The notes beneath the pieces were generated by a model that saw nothing but the letters and a program-made list of their open reading frames with translations, was not told where the DNA came from and made no database searches. Below, one piece after another: positions 26,142 to 39,450 of a DNA stretch of 64,000 nucleotides (position 1 is the stretch's first letter; the number at the start of each line of letters is the position of its first letter). A program made the position numbers and the translations under genes. Source of the stretch: Parasitella parasitica NRRL 2501 (Eukaryota > Fungi > Mucoromycota); the NCBI GenBank assembly GCA_025201805.1, contig MU619298.1, forward strand, positions 107,910 through 171,909, written 5' to 3'.

Positions 26142-26683
26142 ATGTCACAGCAGCCCAAAATTTGCCTAAAGAAATCAGAGATACAACAGGTAAAGTACAA
26201 ATCAAGGGGGATTCACTTTTCATTTGAATCTCCACCGAGAAAATGTGTATAGAAAAATTAAGCGCGAAAATATAGATGATACATCGACTTAAAACGCGAT
26301 TAGCATTAGCCAACTTCAAACGAATGAATGGATTTGAAAGTTACGACTTACATACATTGGAATCAAACTTACTCAGAAATCAAATCAAAAAGCATGCAAA
26401 CAATGAAAAAAGGAAGCATGATCAGCATGGGAAACATCGCTATTACCCTAGGATGACTAGCAAAGGTCAGCAAGACACCAGAAGATCTATAAATACAGCT
26501 TTCTCGTCAGTATCACCAACACAGCAATTCTTGACATTAAGATGCCCTTTATCAGAAAAGCGTAGTACGTCGCCACGGCAAAGATATAAAACTGCAATCC
26601 CCTCTGACGAAGATGCAGCCAATGTCTTGGTTATGCTTCGTAACATGCCGAACGATAAACCAACGTCCTCATTATGTATTTGA
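26142..26683 (+). CDS. Whi5/Nrm1-like G1/S transcriptional repressor
   Basis: GTB-like motif RLKTRLALANFKRMNG and C-terminal DEDAANVLVML; short exon 1 from ATG at 26142. Confidence 0.7.
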
Positions 26684-26862
26684 TCCATTAATTTATATTA
26701 TTTATTTGCATCCTCGTCCCTCCTTTTTTAGGCTACAAACATTTCACACAATTCTATCTCTATATACCTTTTCTTTGATAAATCACATCTTAAATTAACC
26801 CCCCCCCCTACCTCTCCCCCTCACCGCATTTCGCAAGTTTTTCATTACATATATACAATAGT

Positions 26863-27457
26863 TTATTGATTAAAGAAGTCTAATACTAAATCTCGCACGC
26901 GTTTACGAATCAGGGCATTTTCACAAACAACACTGGTTGCCGCGTAGGGAGATTCCACACGTGCGCACCCCAAGACATGAATCACGGGTTCGTCCGATTC
27001 ATATTGAATTGGTATACGATGCTATGATGGTTTTGAGTATATCGATTCGAACATGAAGGAAATTAATTTGGGTGTACCTTTTCTAAATATTGGATAAGCT
27101 CCTGCCGTCTTTTATCGAGCCATTCAGGTGTAAACTGATTTTCGTTTTGGTACTTTAATGCGTTATCTATTATTTGTAAATCAATATGATCTTCATTATC
27201 AACTAAAGTAAAGAAATAAATAATGAATATATTTGCATGTATAGGCAAGCATTACTATTTAAATCTTGAACTGAATGATTCATTATTACAATAACATGTT
27301 GGTCTTTCATCTCATACAGCACAACATTGCTAGACTGAGGATCAACTGTGTAGAGATAACCTTTAATGATTTTTTGGTTTTTGAGGGTAACAGTTGTGTA
27401 ATGACCAAGTAATTCAAATAATTGGTCGCTCGTTTTCGAGTATATTAAATCCGTCAT
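26863..27457 (-). CDS. Gemin6-like Sm-fold protein (SMN complex)
   Basis: Sm-like KGYLYTVDPQSSNVVL and a last exon with IHVLGCARVESPYAATSVVCENALIRKRVRDLV, resembling the Gemin6 C-terminus. Confidence 0.7.
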
Positions 27458-27612
27458 TTATAGCAAGGCAAAAGATTGTAAGATGCAAAAAAAAAAAAAA
27501 AAAAAACGCTATGCAAAAAAGCTTTCAACAACGACGTTGCCTGTATAAAGTCCGATTTTGTAGATCACGAAAATACAACCTTTTTCACTCCCTTTTTCAA
27601 CCGCAAAACGCA

Positions 27613-28665
27613 ATGGAAGTCGATAAGAAAGCAACTGCTCTATATTCATTTGACCCTTATCTTTTTGGCTTGTTTCTGCTAGCTTTCTACATCATCCCAT
27701 ACCCCATTTATCGCTTCATAGCGCATCGTTTCAAATGGGAGACCAATCCCAAGACAATGTCTCGTCATTGGAGCGATTTATTTGATGGTATTTCGTACGG
27801 GTTGTTATTGTTTATCTTTGGCAACTATTCCAACACTCTAAGGTAAGCCCTCATGTTTATCATTGTGGGTTTACCCTACTAGTCTTACAGGAACATACAT
27901 AGCTGGACAACGGTTGCTGCCTTCTATCCGTCTCTATTTAGCTATGCCCTTATTGCTGAGTTGCCATTTACAAGGACCTCTTTACCTGACATAAAGAACT
28001 GGCCAAAGGGGATGTGGTTTGTATTTTTATCTGCTTTAACGTAAGTTGACTGAGCGCTTTAGTTTTGTCTTGTTATTCACAATTCTCTATTCCAGTATTA
28101 TTCTTGTATTCGCTGGTTATCACATATATCTCGGTTATTTGCTGCCCATGCCATTTCTAATTTACTATGTTTCTTGTCTTGCAATTCCTGCCATTATTCT
28201 GGCTTCTTCGTTTCTCTTGTCGAAGGAAGTCAATCAAAATTGGTGTAGGACGAAAATATACTCGTGGAAGTCCAGGAGTAAAAGCAAAAGCGCAACGCAG
28301 CAAACAGTTGGAGAAGAAAGCGCTCTATTGCCAGTAAATGCTTCTGTGCCTGGAGAAGGCGCTTATAACTCATACACCAGGCAAATAGCTATACATCTTC
28401 ATCATTGGCAGATATTTTATGTACTGGCATTTTTTACAAGGTAGTTTATTTTACAGCTAGCAGGATCAGGGTGAGGGTTTCAATTTTAACTTTGCATATA
28501 CAGATTCGATGATCCTGTTTCTCAAGTAGGCGCTGGTATAGTCTTAGCATGCTACATGGAAGGCATTTGTGCATGTAAGTGATTTTATTCATAGATTTTT
28601 GTGCAGATACTTAAACATTTAAAAACGTAACAGATGGTTATGATCGCTTGGTTAATGATGGTTAA
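27613..28665 (+). CDS. Uncharacterised multi-pass membrane protein with HLHHWQ motif
   Basis: Multi-exon with several TM segments; C-terminal IHLHHWQIFYVLAFFTRF...GIVLACYMEGICAYGYD. Confidence 0.75.
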
Positions 28666-28807
28666 AATCCATTTTTATTTTTTATTTTTGTTTTTTGTTT
28701 TAACATGATGAAAGAAATGATTTGAAATTTACATAAAAAAAATGAAGAGAGGATATATCGATGAGTTATATTTACATAAATACCTTTGATTTGTTTGAGC
28801 TATTTTT

Positions 28808-30121
28808 TTATAATGTACACCAAGTGGACTGTAACACTTGATGGATAGTGAAGCGGGTTTTTGGATTAGGATCAAGACAACCCTTGATAAGATCCTGCAA
28901 TGAAGTTGAGAGATTTGAAGGCATTTCGTAGCGACCATCCAATACTTTTTGTTGTAAGCGAAGATCATAGTCATCTTGAAATGGTAATCTAGCCGTGACA
29001 AGAGCATAGAGAATGATCCCCAAAGACCAAAGATCAGTGGACGGGCATGAGATTGCTTTTGCAGATTTAATCTGCTCAGGTGCTGCATATGCAAGAGATC
29101 CAGCTGCACAGTCAAGATCACTGACAATGTCAGGTGAAAGAGGTAAATTCGTAGCAGGATTCACTTTAACAGGTTGTTGACAAATAGCCAAGCCAAAATC
29201 GCAGATTTTAACATTATTCTCTTGGTCAATCAGAATATTTTCAAGCTTCAAGTCTTTGTGGCAAACTTTGGCTTCCTCGTGCAGATATCGTAAGCCAGAG
29301 CATAATTGTAAAAATATTGCGCGGGCTTCATCTTCAGACATTGGGGTCTTCAATTTGTTTAACAAACTGCCATTTGCGCAGTAATCACATATAAGAAATG
29401 TAGCGTATTCAGTTTCAAGGACTTTTTCGAGGCAAACAACGTTGGGATGGTCCAATGTTTTCCAGATAGATAGCTCTCTTTCCAACCGTAGATCGACGTC
29501 GTTCAGATCTTGCGGAGTAACATTCTTTCTGATGATTTTAATGGCCACCTTTTGTCCGTCAGACACCCGAAACCCTTTGCGAACAGTAGCGAAACCTCCA
29601 TAGCCAATGATTTTATCCAAGACATAATCATCGATCTCATCACCTTCTTGCTCATCATCCAATTGCTGCTTTTCTTGCGATGGCAGAGGCGAAAGTGCAA
29701 ATCCTGCAAGAAATGATGCAGCAGGACTCTTGATGCTCTCCCAAGATTTTGCAGATATCTTGCTAGGTGATTGTAACGACTGGGTTGGGCGATTCAGTTG
29801 ACATTTGCTACGGGAAACTTCAGCTCTTCGCGGAAAGGATTTTGATTCGTGATGCGTTGGTGAGGTAGCATTAGTTGTGTTGAATGACGAAGAGGATGAA
29901 GATGGTGAGGGAAATGGCGATAGGGTTTGTTGTTGTTGCTGTTGTTGCTGTAATTGCTTATTTGAGTGCGTCAAGACAGGAGATACAATAGCATGAGCAG
30001 AACCTTTTTTGAGATCGTTCTCATAAAAGGAGATGCCTAGTGAATCAGTGTCAATGTGAAGTGCATTTTTATTCATAAAATTGGCATTCAATTGGCATTT
30101 TTTTTTGTTGGTATTATACAT
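28808..30121 (-). CDS. CAMK-group Ser/Thr protein kinase
   Basis: IGYGGFATV, VAIK, HKDLKLEN, DFG, APE and DLWSLG motifs. Confidence 0.92.
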   Translation of the reverse strand: MYNTNKKKCQLNANFMNKNALHIDTDSLGISFYENDLKKGSAHAIVSPVLTHSNKQLQQQQQQQQTLSPFPSPSSSSSSFNTTNATSPTHHESKSFPRRAEVSRSKCQLNRPTQSLQSPSKISAKSWESIKSPAASFLAGFALSPLPSQEKQQLDDEQEGDEIDDYVLDKIIGYGGFATVRKGFRVSDGQKVAIKIIRKNVTPQDLNDVDLRLERELSIWKTLDHPNVVCLEKVLETEYATFLICDYCANGSLLNKLKTPMSEDEARAIFLQLCSGLRYLHEEAKVCHKDLKLENILIDQENNVKICDFGLAICQQPVKVNPATNLPLSPDIVSDLDCAAGSLAYAAPEQIKSAKAISCPSTDLWSLGIILYALVTARLPFQDDYDLRLQQKVLDGRYEMPSNLSTSLQDLIKGCLDPNPKTRFTIHQVLQSTWCTL

Positions 30122-31754
30122 TTATTATTTTTTACTTTCTTTCTTTTTAGAAGAGACGAAAAGAAAGAGAAAAAGGGAAAGAAAAGAACTGAATATACTC
30201 TCCTAATTATATAAGCAAAAAACAAAAACAAAATCATGAGCTGGAAGAAAGATTCCGACTTGGCCAATCATACAAACTGTCTTATCAGGATCAAATTGAT
30301 TTTAGGTATTTGTATTATCTTAACCAATGAAAAAATTTGTATTAGATCAAATAATAAAGATAAGCAATCTAATAACACTCCTTTGTTAAAAAACTGTTGG
30401 TAGTTGATAAGATCTATGAATTTAACAAATAATCTGCCACCTTACTCCTTCCCTGATCTTCTCCTTGAATACAGCAGCCACGATCCAGTTTCAATACCAA
30501 ATGCCTTCTATTACATAAATTAAGCATTATTCGATTACATGCTGGCCCGACATTTTCCGACTCGTTTATCAAAATATTACTGTTTTACAAAAAAAAAAAA
30601 AAACAGTTCATTCCCACAACAAGAAATTATGCATCACATGCTTAAAATGTGTTTTATGTTTATTTCAATGATAAATACGCCTAATCCAAGTCGGGATCAT
30701 CCAATCATTACGCCATCTTTGTATCTCTTTGTTTAGCAAAACAGGAACACCAATCTGTCATATACGTCACAGGGATGATAGTGAAATACTCCTTTTGGGA
30801 ATTGCGAGACGATTTCCAATTGTTTCTGGGTTTACTGCATAATTGGTCATACAAACATTTATTTTATTAGAAATCATACTTGGTCTAATCCTTATTCAAT
30901 ATTTATCATGGGCTTTAACAGAATTTACCCACTCTTTATAGAGTTTTATCTCCAACATATCAGTAGAGCTTTTTATCAAAGCATTCTGTCTAATTTCTTT
31001 TCTTTTGCCAAAAAATGGTTTATGAGTGTGCAAGAAAGACTATTTTTTTAGCACCATATGCATGATTCTGGGACTAAAATTTTCATAAAATGACGACCCC
31101 CGCCATTAGTTCAGGAGAACTAAGCATAAATCTTCATCACAGGCATTTGCATCTCAGTAAACATTGTATCCCAAATTAAGCTTTGTTTAAATCAAATGTT
31201 TGCCTTAACAGTGAACGAGGTTGGTTAACTGTCAGCACAGAAAAGGTTCCGCAGAAGGTACTAGCCTACATGTTTATTCAATGCGCTGATCTGCCCGGTG
31301 CTAAGGTTAAATGTCACCTGGTTATTCTACAATAAAAGCAGCTTGATAATGGGATGCGTTGTATAAGGAACCATCTATTTGGGTTCTACCTGTTCTAGGA
31401 CTTTTCGATGAATGATCCGCTTTCATAATGATTAGCTGATTAAATATGGGTAGGTCTTGCTATGACTAATACTGTGTGATAATTTTTTTTTGACAATTGA
31501 ATATCAAACAAGATTTGATTGTATCCATACATTACTTCATGTAGATTCATTCGATATAAACAGACAACTTCTTGTCAATCAATAAAATCGTTAGTTTTGT
31601 ATCAGGTAATTAAGTCTTTATTACCACCTCAATTTCATTATCATAAACAATCGTCTTCTGTGCCAATTTCAAGACCTGGTACAAATAAATACCAATTACT
31701 GCGTCCTGTTTTGTATATTTATAGGCTGTCATTTTACAGGTTTTCGGAAAAAAA

Positions 31755-34125
31755 TTAAGTAAACGATAAAAGTCATAGTAATTGTGATAATATATATTAG
31801 GGTTTCTTGTAACAAACCCTTTTATTTCTGATAAAAGCCAAGAAGTTTCTGAGAGAAGAGAAATGTCTCCTTTAAAAGATTTTTAAGTGGGGATTTTCAT
31901 ATTTTGAGAAAAAGAGTAATTGCTTTGTTTCATTCATAGTGAAAACACAAAGAAAATATGTTGTGAAATAAGCTCTCTGGAATGGTTCAAAAATGTGGGT
32001 CTTAACAAAGCCAGCGTAGATTTTAGGCGTCTAATTTTTTGATCTAAGCGTACTTTAGTGGGTTATTGTCAGAAAAAAAGACGAAATCGTAAGAAAATAG
32101 TGTTTAGCGATTTCAAACACAAAAACAAGTAATTTAAAGTAATGCATTATACTATAAGACACCTTTTCATTACATGTTTGCATAGCTTAAAGCAAGTTTT
32201 TGTACTTTACAAGTTGACATCAGATGAAGATAGCGCTTTTTCCAACTTTTTTCGGAAAAGTATTTTTTCAAAATCGGAGCGTGAGATCGTCAGGCCAGGT
32301 ACAGACATACAAGTACTGCCGTTGGAAAGCCAAGAAGCACACCATTTAAATAAATTAGGTTTCAAATGTTTTTATCTTGAATTGGGAAGCTATGTCTTCT
32401 CAAAGATATTGCTTTCTTCAGAAAAAACACCATTTTTCTTTGATAACGGAGATTAAACGCATCCAAAACCAGGAAGGAAGAATTCTTTCAGAAACTCCAT
32501 TTGGACAATTAAAAAACAAAATTACTTCTTTAAGGCAAGATATCATCTTCTCATACTATGCGCACCACGGCTGTCGGTCTATGATAATAGCTGTCTTTTT
32601 GGGCGCTCTACACGATGGTATTATTTTATAATTTCTCGTATGCTTATGGAAGGAATTATATAGAGAAAACCTCAAAACAGATCAAGAGGGAAAAGTCAAT
32701 ATTTTGCTTAATCACAGCGCATTTTCAATCTTTCAGCTCAAGGAATGGTCTTTTGCGATCATTTTCCGCTAATATATGACATAGTAAAAAGTTGCATTTT
32801 TGAGGTCAAAATCGAGGATAATGCATAATCAATGATTTTGGATGGGTGGATACAAGGAAAAAATCGAAAAAATCCGTGATTTTGCATCGAAAAAAAAATC
32901 ATGCTCAAATTGCGCCAAAATCATATATAATCTAGTTTTTTCCTAATGGATACTATTTCTGGTGTTTTCAGGGCACTTTTGATTATGAAAATCAATCAAA
33001 AAATGGCACACAAAGCTAAAGTTCTTGATTTTAAGCTGTAAAAACATCCATCTGGAGATGATATCACGTCAATATCAGTTCTAGTACATGACACAGCCCT
33101 TTAAAGTAAGTATTTTTGATGCCACATGTAGTTGGAAGCGAAGAGGACTATTGATAAATATAATGATTTGCTGTAATGACGCCTTGTGATTTGTGAATAA
33201 TTCAAAAGTTGCTAATTGCTAGTGACAGAGAAGCTCTATTACCATTTTCACTTATAATAATGCCTAATGTCAGTTCAAGAGTCCCTTTTTTGTGATCTTA
33301 GCACTAAACATGTCAAATGGAGGTTAGAATTGAGGTTGAGAGTAATTTTACTAACAAAAGTTAAGCTTCATTCTAAGCCTATGGTAAGTTCCAGGTTCCA
33401 GGTTCCAGGTTCCAGACTTAGTCACTGTACTGCAGAGTACCAAATTCTAAGTGGGGGATTACTTGCTATACCAAACACATTTTTGTGCACCAACCCGTTC
33501 GTTATAACTAGTCCCGACTGTATATTCTTTCCTTGATATTAGATATGCTGCCTTAACTCAACAGATAAAACATAAAATAATAATGCGAAGTTATATAAAA
33601 TAGATGTTTTTATTTACTGAATCTGCTGTGATTTTTCATTGTGTAGATGTATAATTTGGCGGATACGTACAAATTAATGCTTTTTAGTATATGCAGTTTG
33701 ATACTTTGATACTATGATGGTTCTGTGGTTTAAGTCTAAATACATATGCAGTTCTATAGACTTGTCTAAATATTTGAGTTTATTTAGATGTCTAATATCT
33801 AACGGAAATATCTGAAACAATTTATCAATTATGAATTTCAAACAATTTTGTATTGTGGCCCGTTTGATCAAAAATAAAATAATTAGGGCGTCGTAATTTC
33901 GCATATCATTATAAAAGGTTCCCTATTCTTGGGCGTTTTCAGTATAAAATAGAAGCCTGAAAATGTGATTGTATTTAATACTTTTTGTCCCTACTCGAAA
34001 TATTCTTAGGAAGACATTTCTCTTGTCTCAGAAACTTCTCAGCTTTTATCAGAAATAGAAGGTTTGTTATCGGAAACCCTAATATATATAAGCACGAACA
34101 TCGCGACCTTTATCATTTACTTGTA
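31755..34125. mobile_element. Decayed DNA-transposon-like region bounded by diverged ~150-bp inverted repeats
   Basis: 31790-31895 (TATATATTAGGGTTTC...GAAATGTCT) is the diverged reverse complement of 33985-34090, and weaker similarity extends ~40 bp outward. No intact ORF inside. Confidence 0.6.
33388..33415. repeat. 7-bp tandem repeat (GTTCCAG)x4
   Basis: gttccaggttccaggttccaggttccag. Confidence 0.9.
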
Positions 34126-35506
34126 GAAGACAAATTTGTATTGAAACTAGCAGTGTTATTATTTTCTAGGACAAGTCTTGATGCATAAATCATGGCTTTT
34201 TTCAACTATTTTTATTAGGCTCATCTACTTGAAAAAGCCCTGGAAGCTTTCTTGATACCATGTCCTTCTTTAATTTAGTCTTTGGTACCTTCGATTGATT
34301 AAAATCTGATAACCAACATGTTGTGTTCTTTTTTGGCACCAGATTTTGGATTTGATTGACACTTTATTAAGAATATCTCTAGAAACTATCATAACATAAT
34401 ATACCTTTGTTCCAAATGTATTAATAAAATATTAAAAATTACATCTAATCGTATATACTGAAAGCAACTCTCTTTCCAAAAATCTGGATTAAATAGAAAT
34501 ATGCTTTTTGTATAAAAGCTGATACCCAATTAATAAATACCTAAAATGGTATCCTGTATCACAGTTAATGCTTTCGATCAAAGTACACCATAGAAGACAA
34601 AATGTTCATTTTACCTTGTAGATCCTCATAAAAAAGTATTGAAAATCGATGGTTTTTTTTTCACAGATTTTTTAGGTGGAAATGCATTCGTTAATAGTTA
34701 TCCGTTTCCGGAAGCTATTCGGTGTAATTCTTAGTACTTGAATCAGTCGGAAAGAGGGCAACTTGCCTTAGAATTATGAGAAAATAAGCACATATAGTAT
34801 TAGAGATTGTAATGTCTACTTATTATTGAATTTTGTAACGCCCTCAAAACGATAATATCTATTCTTTGGAAAAAAAAAGTAATTTTTTGGTGTGTAAGAT
34901 ATGTTTTTTCTTGTATTAACTAAATATTTGACTTACTAATTGATTAATAATCATTTACAAAGAGATTCAAGGAAAGAGCATTTTCCAAAATAATAACTGT
35001 TCACATAGCACATCATCCATCGTTTGAAAAATGCGAAGAGCCGAAAAGGGAATTTAGCATTATCTGGAGTATGCATTGAGCAGGCTTGCGGATAGATATT
35101 TCTTCCTTTGATCGTTTATGCAAAACTTTTAACGACGTTGATTGGCGAAAGCTTGAAAATTCCACCAGGCTCCCCCCCCCCCTCCCTTCTTCCCAAATAA
35201 ATTTCGCAGCAATTAGCAATGAATTTGATCTCAATAAGCTCAAGACGAGTTCAAATCCTAGCGCTAATTCCAAGCATTAATTCTTTTCTTTAATAAGGCT
35301 ATTTGTATCTTAAAGATCTTTAGATAAACTCTTAAAAAATAACGTCAAATGTCAAGTCTATCATGTAATGGTTGATTACTAACGCCAACATACCAACGTG
35401 TTAATTTAAGAGCCGTAGCCAATTGTTTTCCCATTGAACAATTGGACAAGATACATAACAGGCTCTTTTCTTCGTTTCTTCTTCTTTCACATTTTATACA
35501 ATAATA

Positions 35507-38500
35507 ATGAGCCACTCATTTCTAATTCATGTGTCAAAAACAATACCTCGTTCCAAAGTGAATCAGGCTATTTGGTCACAACTTCAATTACCAGCGGCTT
35601 CAAAACCATTGAATTTACGTTCATTTTCAACTAGCAGCAGCCAAGGAAACGTGTCTATCTGGGGTGGTGAGAGTGTAGCGAGAGCTGTAAATAAGAACCC
35701 AAGCCAATCTTTGTACATTGGACTTGAACCTATCCGTAATGCAGCCATATTACGCCGGGCTGCGTCTACATATGCACCTGCTGAAATGAAAGATCGTGAC
35801 CCGAAAGACAACCCTTCTGATCAAGCGCCTCCACCCGCCAATAATGGAGGAAATGCTACCGGTGGAAACGAAGGAGGCAACAATAACGCCGGCAGTAATA
35901 ACGGAAGTGGAGATGGCAAATCAAGTAAGAGCCACTCATGGGATGTGGTTGATAATCAGCTTCAAAAGCCAACTGTGCCCGAGGTGTATCCCCAGGTCTT
36001 GGCCCTCCCTATTGCTGGTCGACCCTTATTTCCTGGATTTTACAAGGCTGTTGTCATTAAAGAACCAACTGTAACTGCAGCAATCAAAGAGCTGATGAAA
36101 CGTGGTCAGCCTTATGTCGGCGCTTTTCTTTTAAAGGATGAAGGATTAGACGTAGATACAATCACAGACATTGACCAAGTACACAAAGTGGGTGTCTTTG
36201 CACAGATTACAAGTGTTTTCCCCGCAACAGCTGGAAAGGAAGAGTCTGGATTGACTGCAGTTCTGTACCCCCATAGACGTATCAAGATCAATGAACTATT
36301 ACCCATCAAACAAAAACACACCATCGCAGCTGTAAAAGAGGTCGCTGAAGATAAGCAAGTCGTGGCCGAACAGAGCGAACAAGCTATTGAAAAGGTGTCA
36401 AAGAAAACAGAGTCTGAATTCGAACCTGACAAAGTAGCTGCACAAAAAACTGGTAATTATGACAGTTGGCCCTTTCTTGACATTTGATCTAACTTTTTGT
36501 TAATTTGTGGTAGACGAATTCCTGTCCGACGAAGCAGCAGCAGCTGCGTCTACAGAGGCCAGCAAGTCAGACGCACAGTACGCCACCTCATTTTTAGCCG
36601 CTGATTATGCCGTATCACTTGTGAATGTCGATAATTTTGTAGAGCCAGAATTTTCCAAAAAGAGCCCTTATATTCGCGCAGTTACATCTGAAATTGTGTC
36701 AGTTTTCAAAGAAATTGCATCATTGAATCCTCTCTTCAGAGACCAGATTGCTAGCTTCTCCATGTCGCAATCCGCCGGTAACGTCTTTGATGAGCCCTCA
36801 AAATTAGCTGATTTTGCTGCTGCGGTCTCTGCCGGCGAATCATTGGAACTGCAAGAAGTCTTGGAAACGTTGCCTGTGGAAGAAAGACTTCAGAAGTCGC
36901 TTGTCGTCCTAAAAAAGGAATTAATGAACGCACAGCTGCAAAATAAGATTTCCAAGGATGTCGAGTCAAAGATTGCCAAACGTCAACGTGAGTATTACTT
37001 GATGGAACAGTTGAAGGGTATCAAAAAAGAACTTGGGTTGGAAAGTGATGGTAAAGATAAGCTGGTGGAAGGGTTTAAAGAAAAAGCCACCAAGCTCGCT
37101 ATGCCAGCTGCAGTCAAGAAAGTCTTTGATGAAGAGATCAACAAGCTTGCTCATCTCGAGCCTGCTGCGTCCGAGTTCAATGTTACTCGCAATTACCTTG
37201 ATTGGATCACTCAAATCCCTTGGGGTCAACGCTCGCGTGAAAACTACAACATTCTCCACGCAACTACCGTTTTGGATGAAGATCACTATGGCTTAAAGGA
37301 TGTAAAGGACAGAATCTTAGAGTTTATTGCTGTCGGCAAATTGAGAGGTACTGTTGAGGGCAAGATTCTCTGTCTTTCTGGACCTCCAGGTGTGGGCAAA
37401 ACGTCTATCGGTAAAAGCATTGCTCGTGCATTGGACCGCGAGTTCTTCCGTTTCTCTGTTGGTGGGTTGACTGACGTTGCCGAAATCAAGGGCCATCGTC
37501 GTACATATGTTGGTGCTATGCCTGGTAAAGTGATTCAAGCATTGAAGAAAGTCCAGACCGAAAACCCTTTAATTTTGATTGACGAAATCGATAAACTTGG
37601 TAGAGGCCACCAAGGTGATCCCTCTTCTGCTCTTCTGGAGCTATTGGACCCCGAGCAAAATAGCAGTTTCTTGGATCACTACATGGATGTCCCTGTTGAT
37701 TTATCTAAGGTTCTCTTTGTGTGTACAGCCAACGTCCTGGATACCATTCCAGGCCCTCTCTTAGATCGTATGGAAGTCATTCAACTCTCTGGATACATTG
37801 CTGAAGAAAAAGCTGCAATTGCAGAAAAGTACCTTGCTCCTGCTGCCAAAACTGCTGCAGGTCTCGAGAATGTCAACGTCAACTTGACCCCTGAAGCTAT
37901 CGATGCTTTGATCAAGAACTACTGCAGAGAAAGTGGTGTTCGTAATTTGAAAAAGCACATTGATAAAGTTTTCCGCAAGGCAGCTTTCAAGGTTGTGCAG
38001 AAAATTGGCGAAGATAAAAAGGAGACTGTTGAAGAAAAGAAAGAAGAAGGCAACACCGAGACCAACAAAGAGGACAAAGATGTTCGAAAGCCTCTTGTTG
38101 TGTCAGAGAAAGTTTCTATTGATATCAACAATGAGAATTTGAAGGACTATGTCGGCCCTCAAGTATACCAAGCAGAGCGTCTCTACGAGAAGACACCTCC
38201 TGGTGTTGTTATGGGTTTAGCATGGACCAGTATGGGTAAGTTGCAGCCATGTGCCAAGAAAGTCAATTTATTAACAAGCTCTGTAAACTAGGCGGCACTT
38301 CTCTTTACATTGAATCTGTTTTAGAGTCTTCTCTTAGCCCTAAGTCTACACCTCATCTTTCAAAGACTGGTCAACTTGGTGATGTAATGAAGGAATCTAC
38401 TAGCATTGCTTACACATACGCCAAGTCGTTGATGGCTACTCATTTCCCGAAAAACAAATTTTTTGATAAAGCCAAGGTTCATTTGCATTGTCCTGCAGGT

Positions 38501-38947
38501 GCTGTTCCCAAAGATGGTAAGTGATGGTATAAAGTATACATGGCCAGACTTGCTTATTTCTTCTGGATGTTTGTAGGACCGTCTGCTGGTGTCACAATGA
38601 CTACTGCATTAATGTCGTTAGCTCTTAACCAACCTGTCAGTTCCAACATTGCCATGACAGGTGAACTGACTGTTACCGGTAAAGTGTTAAAGATTGGTGG
38701 TTTGAAGGAAAAGACAATTGCTGCCAAGCGATCCAAGGTGGATACAATTTTATTCCCCAAAGATAACCAAGCTGACTGGGACGAGTTGCCTGAATATATC
38801 AAGGAAGGCTTAACTGGAGTTCCTTGTGACACTTATAAGGATGTCTACGATGTCGTTTTTGGCGATATTAAAAAAGAACAGGTTGAGAGTGTCTGGAGCG
38901 ATGTGTTGACAGAAAAAAATGAGGAGAAGGAAAAAGCCGATGCTTGA
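35507..38947 (+). CDS. PIM1: Mitochondrial Lon protease
   Basis: N-domain RPLFPGFYK, Walker [10 protein letters not shown], Walker B ILIDEIDK, catalytic PKDG|PSAG split by an intron, and IGGLKEK. Confidence 0.97.
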
Positions 38948-39450
38948 TTATAAATTAGCTAGAATCACATGCACAACTGCCTTTTTTTTTTTATAGATTT
39001 AGTATATGTTTTGCTTCCAACTTGTATAAATTATATTTACAACAATAATCATATGCTTGTAGGCACAAAAGTTGGGGATTTTAGCATGGATAATGAAATG
39101 AATGAATGCCTTAATTTCTGTACGACATTTGATATACTTCAGAATACATTTCAATACATATACGAACGTATACCGCTTCACTACTATCATAGCCATGAAA
39201 ATCAGCGTGTAATGTTGGAATAATAGCAAACTTGAAGAGTTATAAATGCTCGATATCTTTATATATCCAACGAGCAGGTTAATGACATATTGTCAAGAGA
39301 TCTACCGAAATTAAATTACAGTATTTGACTTTGGTGTAAATTAATGTCCACATCCATTTCCCCCTTGATACATATTGATATAAGTTACAGAATTACTTTT
39401 CTTATCTGTTATTTCTTTTTCTTTTTTTCTTTTCTTCTCTCATCACGAAA

